Below are positions 50,105-57,674 of a stretch of DNA of 64,000 nucleotides, piece after piece. The notes below the pieces were generated by a model. The model did no database searches. It was not told the DNA's origin and saw nothing but the letters and a program-made list of their open reading frames with translations. Numbering within the stretch: the stretch's first letter is position 1; the number at the start of each line of letters is the position of its first letter. Made by a program: the position numbers and the translations under genes. Source of the stretch: Candidatus Latescibacterota bacterium (GTDB lineage Bacteria > Latescibacterota > UBA2968 > UBA8231); assembly GCA_965203175.1 (NCBI GenBank), contig OZ241867.1:800001-864000 (forward strand), given 5' to 3'.

Positions 50105-52471
50105 ATGAAACAGCACCTCAACTCGATCCGTTACACTGCATTTGTTTCGACTGCCGCTCTGGCGCTCTGGTGCGGGTCCACCCTGTCGGCCGAGCAGTTG
50201 CGCTACGACTCGGCGCGCGACTGGCGGCAGTGGGAGTTGCCCCTGGGCGCGGTGGACCTGACGGCGCTGGGCGTGATCCAGCCCACCCGTATCGAAAGGC
50301 TGACCGACGCCGTGCGCGACTTGGACGCCTTCGACGGCGGCATCCGCAACGCCGGCTCCAACCTCAACCTAGCCCGCTTCGCCATCGATGGCGACCCGGC
50401 GACCGGCTGGGCACCCGACCCGGAAGCCGAACCCGAGAATTGGTTTCTCGAAGTCGACCTCGGCCGCGCCGTTTCGGCCCACAGCGTCACCCTAGTCTTC
50501 GACGAAGCAGCAGCCCCCTTCGAGCTTTTCGATCTGCTGATTTCTACCGGCGAACCCGAAACCGACGTTATCGCCGCGCCCATCGAGGGGTCGCTCGTCT
50601 ACCGCACTAAGGAGCGCTTCAAGGAAAACACCCGCCACCGGGTGACCTACGAAATAGCGGAAATCGACGTCGAGCCGCTGCAGTTTATCCGCTTCGATCC
50701 CTTGCTGATAGTGCCCGACGCCCGCCTGGTCGAGATCGAAGTCGAGACCATCGGCGACAATATCGCTCTCGGTCTGCTGGAACGGGGGGGAGCCGTCGAC
50801 ATCAATACCAACCTCGCCCAGATTGACCAGCAACCCCTCGGCAAGGCCAGAGCCCTTTTCGATGGCGACCTCTACTTAGGCTGGAGAGCCGGCAGCGCCG
50901 GGCGAGGCCTCAATGATATTCTCTCACACATGGTCCTCGACCTGGGCGCTGTCTACTGGGTCGACCAGATCCGGGTCATCGGCGGCGTGGTTGAGAAGTC
51001 GTTTTTTGGCGGTGCCATCACCAGCAGACACATTGTCTCCCGGCGGCGCTGGGGCTTTCGCTTCTACGAGTTGATGACCTCCGATGGCTCGCTCTCGCCC
51101 GACGGCTCGCGCCTGTGGACCAAGCACTTCTCGGGCGAAGCGCCCGTCCACCAGCGGTCCAAAGGGCTGGTAGACCACCATTTCGACCTGCAGCCTACCC
51201 GCTACATGCGCATCTTCTGGAAATTCTGGGACACTAGCTGCTTCTCCTTCCAGAGCCTAGGCGTGAGGGGCGGTAGCTTCAGAGTGCCCGGCTGCAGCGC
51301 CGGCGGTGGCACCGACGAGATCCAAATCTTCGGCCGCGGCTTCCCCCAGGAAGTCGGTTTTCGCTCGCCGCTGATCGATCTGGGCGAGAGCAAAAACCTC
51401 AACTCGATAGAATGGAGCGGCGACCAGCCGCTGGGCACCCTGATCGAGATCCGCACTCGCACCGGCAATGAAGTCGTCGAGACCTTGACCTACCACGACA
51501 AGAACGGCAAGGAAGTCACCGAGAGGAAGTACAACAAGCTGATCCCCAGCTTCAAAGGCCCCATCGACACCACCCTCGCCGCCGGCGGTGACTGGAGCGC
51601 CTGGAGCCGGATCTATAGCTTCTCCGGCGAGGCCTTCCTCTCGCCCTCGCCGCGCCGCTACATGGAAATCGACGTGCGCATGGTCTCCGACTCCCCCGAC
51701 CGCGCCGCCACCCTCGACTTCCTCGCCGCCAACTTCACCGAGCCGCTGGCCGGCCGCGTGCTCGGCGAGATATTTCCCCAGCAGGCCGAACCGGGCATAC
51801 TGACCGAATTCACCTATTACTTAAAACCCGAAAACGCCAGCGGCTTCGACCGCCTCGCCGTCGAGTCGGCCGCGCTGGTGCATTTTATGAGCGTTTCGCG
51901 CAACGGCACCGACCTCGACGTGCAGATGGACACCACCGCCAATGGCTTTCTGATCCACTTGCCCAATCGCATCCGCACCGACCAACTCATCGAGTTGAAG
52001 TTCAAATCTTCCGTATTCCGGCAATCAACCCGCTTCGACGTCTTTCTCCAGGACAGCCGCCAGGACGCTAGCGTGCGCCAGCGCGTCGACCCCGGTAACG
52101 CCTCCGAACTAATCGAGAGCAACACCAACGTCGTCAGCCTGCCCGTCAGCCGCAATCTCTTCGCCAACGTGGCGCTCTCTTCGCCGGTGATTACCCCCAA
52201 TGGCGATGGCGTCAACGACGCATTGCAACTCTCGATCGACCTAGTCAACGTGCTCAAACCGCGTCCCTTGTGGCTGCGCCTCTACGATCTGGCGGGTCGC
52301 CCCGTCTACGCCCGCGGCGAGGACGGCCGCGCCGGCCAGCACCAGTTCACCTGGGACGGCCGCGACGATGCGGGGGGCCGCGTCGCCCCCGGCCTCTACA
52401 TTCTGGAAATTCTCGTCGAAGGCGATGTCGGCGAAGAGAAGGCGCAGGAAATCATTTCGGTGGCCTACTAA
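50105..52471 (+). CDS. Secreted protein with discoidin-like domains and C-terminal FlgD-Ig domain
   Basis: Signal peptide; AIDGDPATGW...EVDLG and LFDGD...VLDLG repeats; C-terminal ITPNGDGVND...WDGRD..G..VAPGLY. Confidence 0.75.
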   Translation: MKQHLNSIRYTAFVSTAALALWCGSTLSAEQLRYDSARDWRQWELPLGAVDLTALGVIQPTRIERLTDAVRDLDAFDGGIRNAGSNLNLARFAIDGDPATGWAPDPEAEPENWFLEVDLGRAVSAHSVTLVFDEAAAPFELFDLLISTGEPETDVIAAPIEGSLVYRTKERFKENTRHRVTYEIAEIDVEPLQFIRFDPLLIVPDARLVEIEVETIGDNIALGLLERGGAVDINTNLAQIDQQPLGKARALFDGDLYLGWRAGSAGRGLNDILSHMVLDLGAVYWVDQIRVIGGVVEKSFFGGAITSRHIVSRRRWGFRFYELMTSDGSLSPDGSRLWTKHFSGEAPVHQRSKGLVDHHFDLQPTRYMRIFWKFWDTSCFSFQSLGVRGGSFRVPGCSAGGGTDEIQIFGRGFPQEVGFRSPLIDLGESKNLNSIEWSGDQPLGTLIEIRTRTGNEVVETLTYHDKNGKEVTERKYNKLIPSFKGPIDTTLAAGGDWSAWSRIYSFSGEAFLSPSPRRYMEIDVRMVSDSPDRAATLDFLAANFTEPLAGRVLGEIFPQQAEPGILTEFTYYLKPENASGFDRLAVESAALVHFMSVSRNGTDLDVQMDTTANGFLIHLPNRIRTDQLIELKFKSSVFRQSTRFDVFLQDSRQDASVRQRVDPGNASELIESNTNVVSLPVSRNLFANVALSSPVITPNGDGVNDALQLSIDLVNVLKPRPLWLRLYDLAGRPVYARGEDGRAGQHQFTWDGRDDAGGRVAPGLYILEILVEGDVGEEKAQEIISVAY

Positions 52472-52523
52472 ACTTCAACGACCTGATTCTTCATGGCACT
52501 TGGCCTTCAGCAGTGACACGAAC

Positions 52524-52670
52524 CGGCAGAACGGCTCACCAGAACCGATCTTTGAAAGCGATAACGACCGCACTTGGTTCCGAATGCGTCTACCGGTCCA
52601 TGAACGGGCTTCTCGTGCGGCGACCGAACATGAGACCGAACAAGATAAGTCATTGAAAAATAAGAAGAAA
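52524..52670 (+). pseudogene. Internal fragment of a paralog of the AlbA/HATPase gene at 54314
   Basis: RQNGSPEPIFESDNDRTWFRMRLPVHERASRAATEHETEQDKSLKNK versus RQNGSPVPIFESDEDRTWFRVRLPVHERVSLAAT...QDKSLKNK at 55484-55640. Confidence 0.85.
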
Positions 52671-52732
52671 AGGGGCGAGTGCCCGCCCGACACCCCGGAA
52701 CACCATCGCGCGCATAGTCGTGCCGTTCATCG

Positions 52733-52779
52733 CGGTGAATTAAGCGTTGAGGAGAACGGTGAATTAAGCGTTGAGGAGA
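52733..52779. repeat. Tandem duplication, 24-bp period
   Basis: cggtgaattaagcgttgaggaga at 52733-52755 and 52757-52779. Confidence 0.95.
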
Positions 52780-52892
52780 GATGATGAAAATGAGAGCTTC
52801 TAGCGATCATCATAGCGGTTGACCGCTATGTTTTCGGGCTGATGATAGGCGTTTTGGCAGGGCCTCTTAGTAACTGACGTTACGCGGCGGCC

Positions 52893-53768
52893 CTATTCGG
52901 CTTGGTCTAACAGGAGCCTAAAGGCTTCAAGGCTGGGCACCTGTATGGCCGCCCGAAACAACTGCTTGAGACGCGGCACATCGTCAATGTCCCCAAGGCG
53001 GGAGGCCAAGCGGCGCACGGCCTCCGGCTGAAAGCGCAGTTCCAACACTTCTTGAATGCTTTCGCGGATGCCTTGCTCAATGCCTTGCTTGATGCCCTTT
53101 TCCGTGAAATACTGCACTACCGACGATTCGTACATGGTCGCCTCCGACATGATGGTCATAACCGTTTCTGATTTATACACTAATCCGCTCAAAATGGCAA
53201 GATCGGCCAGATAATTGGCCTTGACGGTTTCGTCCATCGGCACCTCTTGCGCCCGGTGGATACACTGGCGCAACCACGCCTCAGCATCCACCCCCGCCGG
53301 ACGCTGCATCAACGGCGCAAACGGAAGCAAGCCTACATGTTCCCCGTCGAAGATGCGCTGACCGTCTAGTTCAATCAGCCGAATCACTTGGTATTGCACC
53401 AAGACGCGAAAGCCGTGTCGCTCTTGGAGATAGTGTCCCGGATCGGTGCGGCCGGCGTCGGGACGCAGATAGATGACGCTGGAGTAGATGGGTAGGCCGT
53501 GCTGCTCAATGCTGCGGCCGATATAACCCGCCATCCGCCGCGGCATGGGCGGGGTGCTGTCGGTGGTTTGAAACTCGTGATGCACCAACGCCTCCTCGTC
53601 GCCGATTTGCACGCGGATGAGGCTGTCGGTGCGGTGGGCTTCGACGGTGGGTTGCTCGGTGTCGATCACGTCGATCACCTCAATGTCGTCTTGGTGGAGG
53701 GCGAAGCGGGCGAAGTCGTGGGGGTAGGTGTGAATGAGATGTTTGGCGATGGTATCGAATTCGGCCAT
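52893..53768 (-). CDS. Rpn-family (recombination-promoting nuclease / PD-(D/E)XK 'putative transposase') protein
   Basis: FDTIAK, RTDSL, HHEFQT, MPRRMAGY, GLLPFAPL, GIKQGIEQGI repeats, LELRF C-terminus; start MAEFDT at 53768. Confidence 0.85.
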   Translation of the reverse strand: MAEFDTIAKHLIHTYPHDFARFALHQDDIEVIDVIDTEQPTVEAHRTDSLIRVQIGDEEALVHHEFQTTDSTPPMPRRMAGYIGRSIEQHGLPIYSSVIYLRPDAGRTDPGHYLQERHGFRVLVQYQVIRLIELDGQRIFDGEHVGLLPFAPLMQRPAGVDAEAWLRQCIHRAQEVPMDETVKANYLADLAILSGLVYKSETVMTIMSEATMYESSVVQYFTEKGIKQGIEQGIRESIQEVLELRFQPEAVRRLASRLGDIDDVPRLKQLFRAAIQVPSLEAFRLLLDQAE

Positions 53769-53810
53769 GAGCCATGCCTTGGGTTGCGGGTGGGGTGGTA
53801 CCCGCAAGGG

Positions 53811-53826
53811 GCAAGAATCGTGCCAA
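53811..53826 (-). promoter_or_regulatory. Sigma-54 (-24/-12) promoter motif upstream of the Rpn gene
   Basis: TTGGCACGATTCTTGC matches YTGGCACG-N4-TTGC and ends 42 nt before the ATG. Confidence 0.7.
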
Positions 53827-53935
53827 GGCGGCGGCTCAGAGGGGAGGAGCGGGCTAGAAGGCGCTGGAGTGTAGCGGAATGGATACAGCAATGGAGGGTT
53901 GGGAACAAAAGCTGCGTAACATCACTTAGTAAGAG

Positions 53936-54109
53936 CTAAAATGTCCGGCGAGAGGCTTCGTCAAGCAATCGGTCCTGTGTCTTCCTGATTTCTTCAATCA
54001 CTGGGTCAATTTCCTCGTGGCATCGCCACGCCGGTATTCGCAGGATTGTCCAACCGAGATTGACTAGAACGCGGTCTCGTGCGCCGTTGTTGGCTTCTGC
54101 GTCAGATAC
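53936..54109 (-). pseudogene. C-terminal remnant of a DUF559/Vsr-like endonuclease domain
   Basis: ARDRVLVNLGWTILRIPAWRCHEEIDPVIEEI...*, the RD..L...GW..LR motif; no start codon or N-terminal part. Confidence 0.55.
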
Positions 54110-54263
54110 GTAGCTCTTTGGGGAGTTTCATCCTCGGTCCTTAGAGGGTGCCATCAGTGCGGGCCTGATTGTCGATGCGATAAAACAGGGCTATTATAAA
54201 ACTGGCTAAACTGAATGTAGTGCAAATCTTTAGTGCAAGGGACATCCTAGACCACGGGACGGC

Positions 54264-54303
54264 ATGAACACAGCGCTCATCGCCTCCAAAGTCCAGCACT
54301 TCT
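54264..54303 (+). repeat. Degenerate copy of the hsdM 5' end
   Basis: 32/40 identical to 55930-55969; reads MNTALIASKV. Confidence 0.8.
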
Positions 54304-54313
54304 ACATACAAAC

Positions 54314-55933
54314 ATGACCAGCAAACTTCCCATCAACATCGACCACCTGCTGCGCCAGCGCCCCATCGAAGGCGAACGCATCGAGTACAAAGCTGGTTGG
54401 AATCCGCAGAGCGTGCTGCACACCATCTGCGCCTTCGCCAACGACTTCCACAATCTAGGCGGCGGTTACGTGGTGTTGGGCGTTGAGGAACAAAATGGCC
54501 GCCCAATTTTACCGCCCAGAGGCATTAACCTTGATGCCATCGATGCGATACAGAAGGAACTACTCAATCTGGGGCATGTCGCCATACAGCCGCATTACCA
54601 TCCCCTCACCGCTACCTATAACGTCGATGGCCAGACCATCCTCGTCCTCTGGGTGCCCGGCGGCGAAACCCGTCCCTACAAAGCCAAAGTGAATCTGAGT
54701 GCGGAGCGCGACGATTGGGCTTACTTCATTCGCAGACACAGCAGCACGGTTCGCGCCAAGGGTCAGGACGAGCGTGAGCTGCTCAGTCTGGCGGCCACAG
54801 TACCTTTTGACGACCGCTATCGCCAGACTGCTTCGCTTGATGACCTGTCCTATCGGCTGATCCGTGAGTTTTTAGGGGAAATCGGCAGCGAACTGGCATC
54901 GGAAGCAGAGGGCCTATCTGTTGAGGACTTGGGCAAGCGCCTGAATATCGTCGGCGGGCCGCCCGAGGCGATGTTTCCGAAGAACGTCGGTCTGCTGTTC
55001 TTCAATGAGCGGCCAGACAGGTTTTTTCCGGCCACCCAGATCGATGTCGTGTGGTTTCCCGATGGGCCGGGCGGCGATCAGTTCGAGGAGAATGAGTTCC
55101 GCGGGCCGTTGTCCATCATTCTCAGCGAGGCGATCAGTTACATTGAGCGGAACTACCTGAAGGAAACCGTCGTCAAGTATCCCCACAAACCGGAGGCCGA
55201 GCGATTCTGGAATTTTCCGATTGGTGCCATCGAAGAGGCGCTGGTGAACGCCATCTACCATCGCTCATACGAGGAGCGGGAGCCGGTTGAAGTTCGGATC
55301 ACCCGCGAAGAGTTGCTGGTCTTGAGTTATCCCGGTGCAGACCGCTCCATCCGTATGGATGACTTCAAGAAGGGGCAGGCCGTGAGCAGGCGCTACCGGA
55401 ACCGGCGTATTGGTGAGTTTCTGAAAGAACTCGACCTCGCCGAGGCGCGCTCAACCGGCGTGCCGAAAATCTTCCGGGCCATGCGGCAGAACGGCTCACC
55501 GGTACCCATCTTCGAAAGCGATGAGGATCGGACCTGGTTTCGTGTGCGCCTACCGGTGCATGAGCGGGTTTCTCTTGCGGCGACCGACCAAGATACCATA
55601 CATGACACCCAACAAGATAAGTCATTGAAAAATAAAGAGAAAGATCAAGATACCCCCCAAGATACCCCCCAAGATACCCCCCAAGATAATGGGCATATTG
55701 AACGGCTGGTGGCAGCCCTGACCGGGGAGATGAGCCGCGCTGAATTGTTGGCGGCACTGCTACTCACAGACCGGAAAAACCTCAGAACATCCTACCTGCA
55801 ACCGGCTCTTGACGCTGGCCTGATCGAGATGACTCTCCCCGACAAGCCCACTAGTCGCCACCAGCGCTATCGCCGAACTGCCGACGGCGAGGCGCTCGCT
55901 GAACAAATCAAACGGAAGAACGCCCCCACATGA
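54314..55933 (+). CDS. AlbA_2/Schlafen-like + HATPase_c_4 + winged-HTH protein (commonly R-M associated)
   Basis: EGERIEYK, TICAFAN..GGYVVLGV, EEALVNAIYHRSY, YRNRRIG, STGVPKI, C-terminal YLQPAL..GLIEMT.PDKP.S..QRY. Confidence 0.88.
   Translation: MTSKLPINIDHLLRQRPIEGERIEYKAGWNPQSVLHTICAFANDFHNLGGGYVVLGVEEQNGRPILPPRGINLDAIDAIQKELLNLGHVAIQPHYHPLTATYNVDGQTILVLWVPGGETRPYKAKVNLSAERDDWAYFIRRHSSTVRAKGQDERELLSLAATVPFDDRYRQTASLDDLSYRLIREFLGEIGSELASEAEGLSVEDLGKRLNIVGGPPEAMFPKNVGLLFFNERPDRFFPATQIDVVWFPDGPGGDQFEENEFRGPLSIILSEAISYIERNYLKETVVKYPHKPEAERFWNFPIGAIEEALVNAIYHRSYEEREPVEVRITREELLVLSYPGADRSIRMDDFKKGQAVSRRYRNRRIGEFLKELDLAEARSTGVPKIFRAMRQNGSPVPIFESDEDRTWFRVRLPVHERVSLAATDQDTIHDTQQDKSLKNKEKDQDTPQDTPQDTPQDNGHIERLVAALTGEMSRAELLAALLLTDRKNLRTSYLQPALDAGLIEMTLPDKPTSRHQRYRRTADGEALAEQIKRKNAPT
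55646..55688 (+). repeat. In-frame 12-bp tandem repeat (QDTP)x3.5
   Basis: caagataccccc x3 plus caagata. Confidence 0.95.
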
Positions 55934-56053
55934 ACACCGCTCCCATCGTCTCCAAAGTCTGGAGCTTCTGCACTACCCTACGCGATGACGGGGTGAGCTA
56001 TGGCGACTACCTAGAAGCAGCTCACCTATCTGATCTTCCTCAAGATGGCCGAC
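55930..56053 (+). pseudogene. hsdM: Type I R-M methyltransferase (HsdM) N-terminal remnant
   Basis: MNTAPIVSKVWSFCTTLRDDGVSYGDYLE, a +1 frameshift, then QLTYLIFLKMAD and truncation. Confidence 0.85.
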
Positions 56054-56074
56054 GTCTACGACTAAGGATAATCG

Positions 56075-57520
56075 ATGCCAAAACGACCCAATGTGATTCT
56101 TATCGTCGCCGACGACATGGGCTATGGCGATTTCGGCGTTTTTAACGACGGCCCGGCCCGCACGCCCCATCTCGACGCGCTGGTCGGCGAGGGGGTCTGT
56201 CTGACCCAACACTACGCCGGGTCGCCGGCCTGCTCGCCGTCGCGGGCGGCGCTTCTTACGGGTCGTTACCCGCACCGCACCGGCGCGTTGACACCGATGG
56301 AGGTGCGCGGGATGGACCGCATCGCGCTCGACGAGGTGACCATCGGCAATGCGTACAAACACGCGGGGTATGCGACGGGGCTGATCGGCAAGTGGCACAA
56401 TGGAGCGTTTGATGATCGCTATCATCCCAACGCACGCGGCTTCGATGAGTTTTTGGGCTTTCGCGGCGGGTGGATGGATTACTTTGACTGGTGGATCGAG
56501 CGCAACGGGCGGCGCGAGACCGCGGACGGGCGCTATTTGACCGATGTGTTCACCGACGAGGCGGTGGATTTTATCACGCGGCACCGGCAGGACCCCTTTC
56601 TGCTCTGCATGATGTACAATGCGCCGCATTCGCCGTTGCAGGCCCCCAACGAAACGGTGCAGCCCTATCTCGACGCGGGGATGAGCCCGGGCGTAGCGAT
56701 TACCTACGCCATGAACGAGATCATGGATCGGGGCGTCGGGCGGATCGCGGAAACATTGGCAGACTTGGGACTGGCGGACGATACGATCCTGATGTTCACC
56801 AGCGACAACGGACCGGCGTTCAGGTTGCGGCCCGACCAAGTGCCCGAGGGGATGAGCACGGATACACGGCGCTACAATTGCGGCTTTAACGGGCAGAAAG
56901 GGTCGGTTTACGAGGGCGGCATCCGGGTGCCGATGATCGTGCGCTGGCGCGGCGGGTTGGAGGGGGGGCGGCAGATCGACGAGTTGGTGCACGGTATGGA
57001 CTGGTTGCCGACCTTGGCCGGGTTGTGCGGCATCGAGCGGCCCGGCGGGCGGGCCCTAGACGGGCGCGACGCGGCCGCGGTGTTGCGCGGTGCCGGCGAT
57101 GACGCTCCTGCGCGATTTTGGCAGCTCAACCAATTTCAGCCCGTCGGCTGGATCAACGCGGCGATGCGCGAGGGGTCGTGGAAGCTGGTCCGTCCCCAGT
57201 TGGCGCAAAAGCCCAAGACCGATGCGGATAAGCGCGTGATGGAGCGCTACGTGGAGATTGATATCCAATACAAATACCACCCCGACGAGGTGACGGAGCT
57301 AATGAGCGAGCCGGATCCCGAGTTGATTGTCCCGCCGCCAGCTGATTTGGAGTTGTATAATATTGACGACGACCCGCTTGAACAGAACAACATGGCGACG
57401 GATGAGTCGGAGCGCGCGGGCCGGATGTTAGGGGCGTTGGAGACATGGTTTGAGGGAGTCGAGGCAGAAAGGCGGCGGATTCAGCCCGACGGCTCTATAC
57501 TGGAAATCGTGGACGATTGA
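56075..57520 (+). CDS. Sulfatase (arylsulfatase A-like, Cys-type)
   Basis: PNVILIVADDMG, CSPSRAALLTGRY, GKWH, SDNG, KGSVYEGGIRVP. Confidence 0.95.
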   Translation: MPKRPNVILIVADDMGYGDFGVFNDGPARTPHLDALVGEGVCLTQHYAGSPACSPSRAALLTGRYPHRTGALTPMEVRGMDRIALDEVTIGNAYKHAGYATGLIGKWHNGAFDDRYHPNARGFDEFLGFRGGWMDYFDWWIERNGRRETADGRYLTDVFTDEAVDFITRHRQDPFLLCMMYNAPHSPLQAPNETVQPYLDAGMSPGVAITYAMNEIMDRGVGRIAETLADLGLADDTILMFTSDNGPAFRLRPDQVPEGMSTDTRRYNCGFNGQKGSVYEGGIRVPMIVRWRGGLEGGRQIDELVHGMDWLPTLAGLCGIERPGGRALDGRDAAAVLRGAGDDAPARFWQLNQFQPVGWINAAMREGSWKLVRPQLAQKPKTDADKRVMERYVEIDIQYKYHPDEVTELMSEPDPELIVPPPADLELYNIDDDPLEQNNMATDESERAGRMLGALETWFEGVEAERRRIQPDGSILEIVDD

Positions 57521-57617
57521 AGGTGAGTGAACAGCGTCCGGAACAACGATCCGGACATCCTTGACCCCATGCCTCAGCGGAGCCTATTTTGCCCATAGAA
57601 GGCGGAAATCGGCGTTA

Positions 57618-57651
57618 GCGACTTCTGCACATCCGAAGTCGCGCTTTCTAT
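57618..57651 (+). repeat. Hairpin element homologous to the ssrA terminator
   Basis: gcgacttctgcacatccgaagtcgcgctttctat versus 49997-50029 (30/34, one compensatory base-pair change). Confidence 0.7.
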
Positions 57652-57674
57652 GTTTGCCTAGAGAAAGAGAGAAC

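Larger units (their letters stand above)
52874..53925. mobile_element. 1052-bp IS-like element with terminal inverted repeats and 7-bp TSD, carrying an Rpn-family gene
   Basis: Left end ctgacgttacgcggc and right end gctgcgtaacatcac (12/15 inverted match); TTAGTAA on both sides (52867-52873, 53926-53932); empty site CTCTTAGTAAGAG is palindromic. Confidence 0.8.

Noticed and set aside
49960-56100. Intact prophage or integrative element at ssrA
   Set aside because: No integrase, no phage genes, and no duplicate of the tmRNA 3' end in the window.
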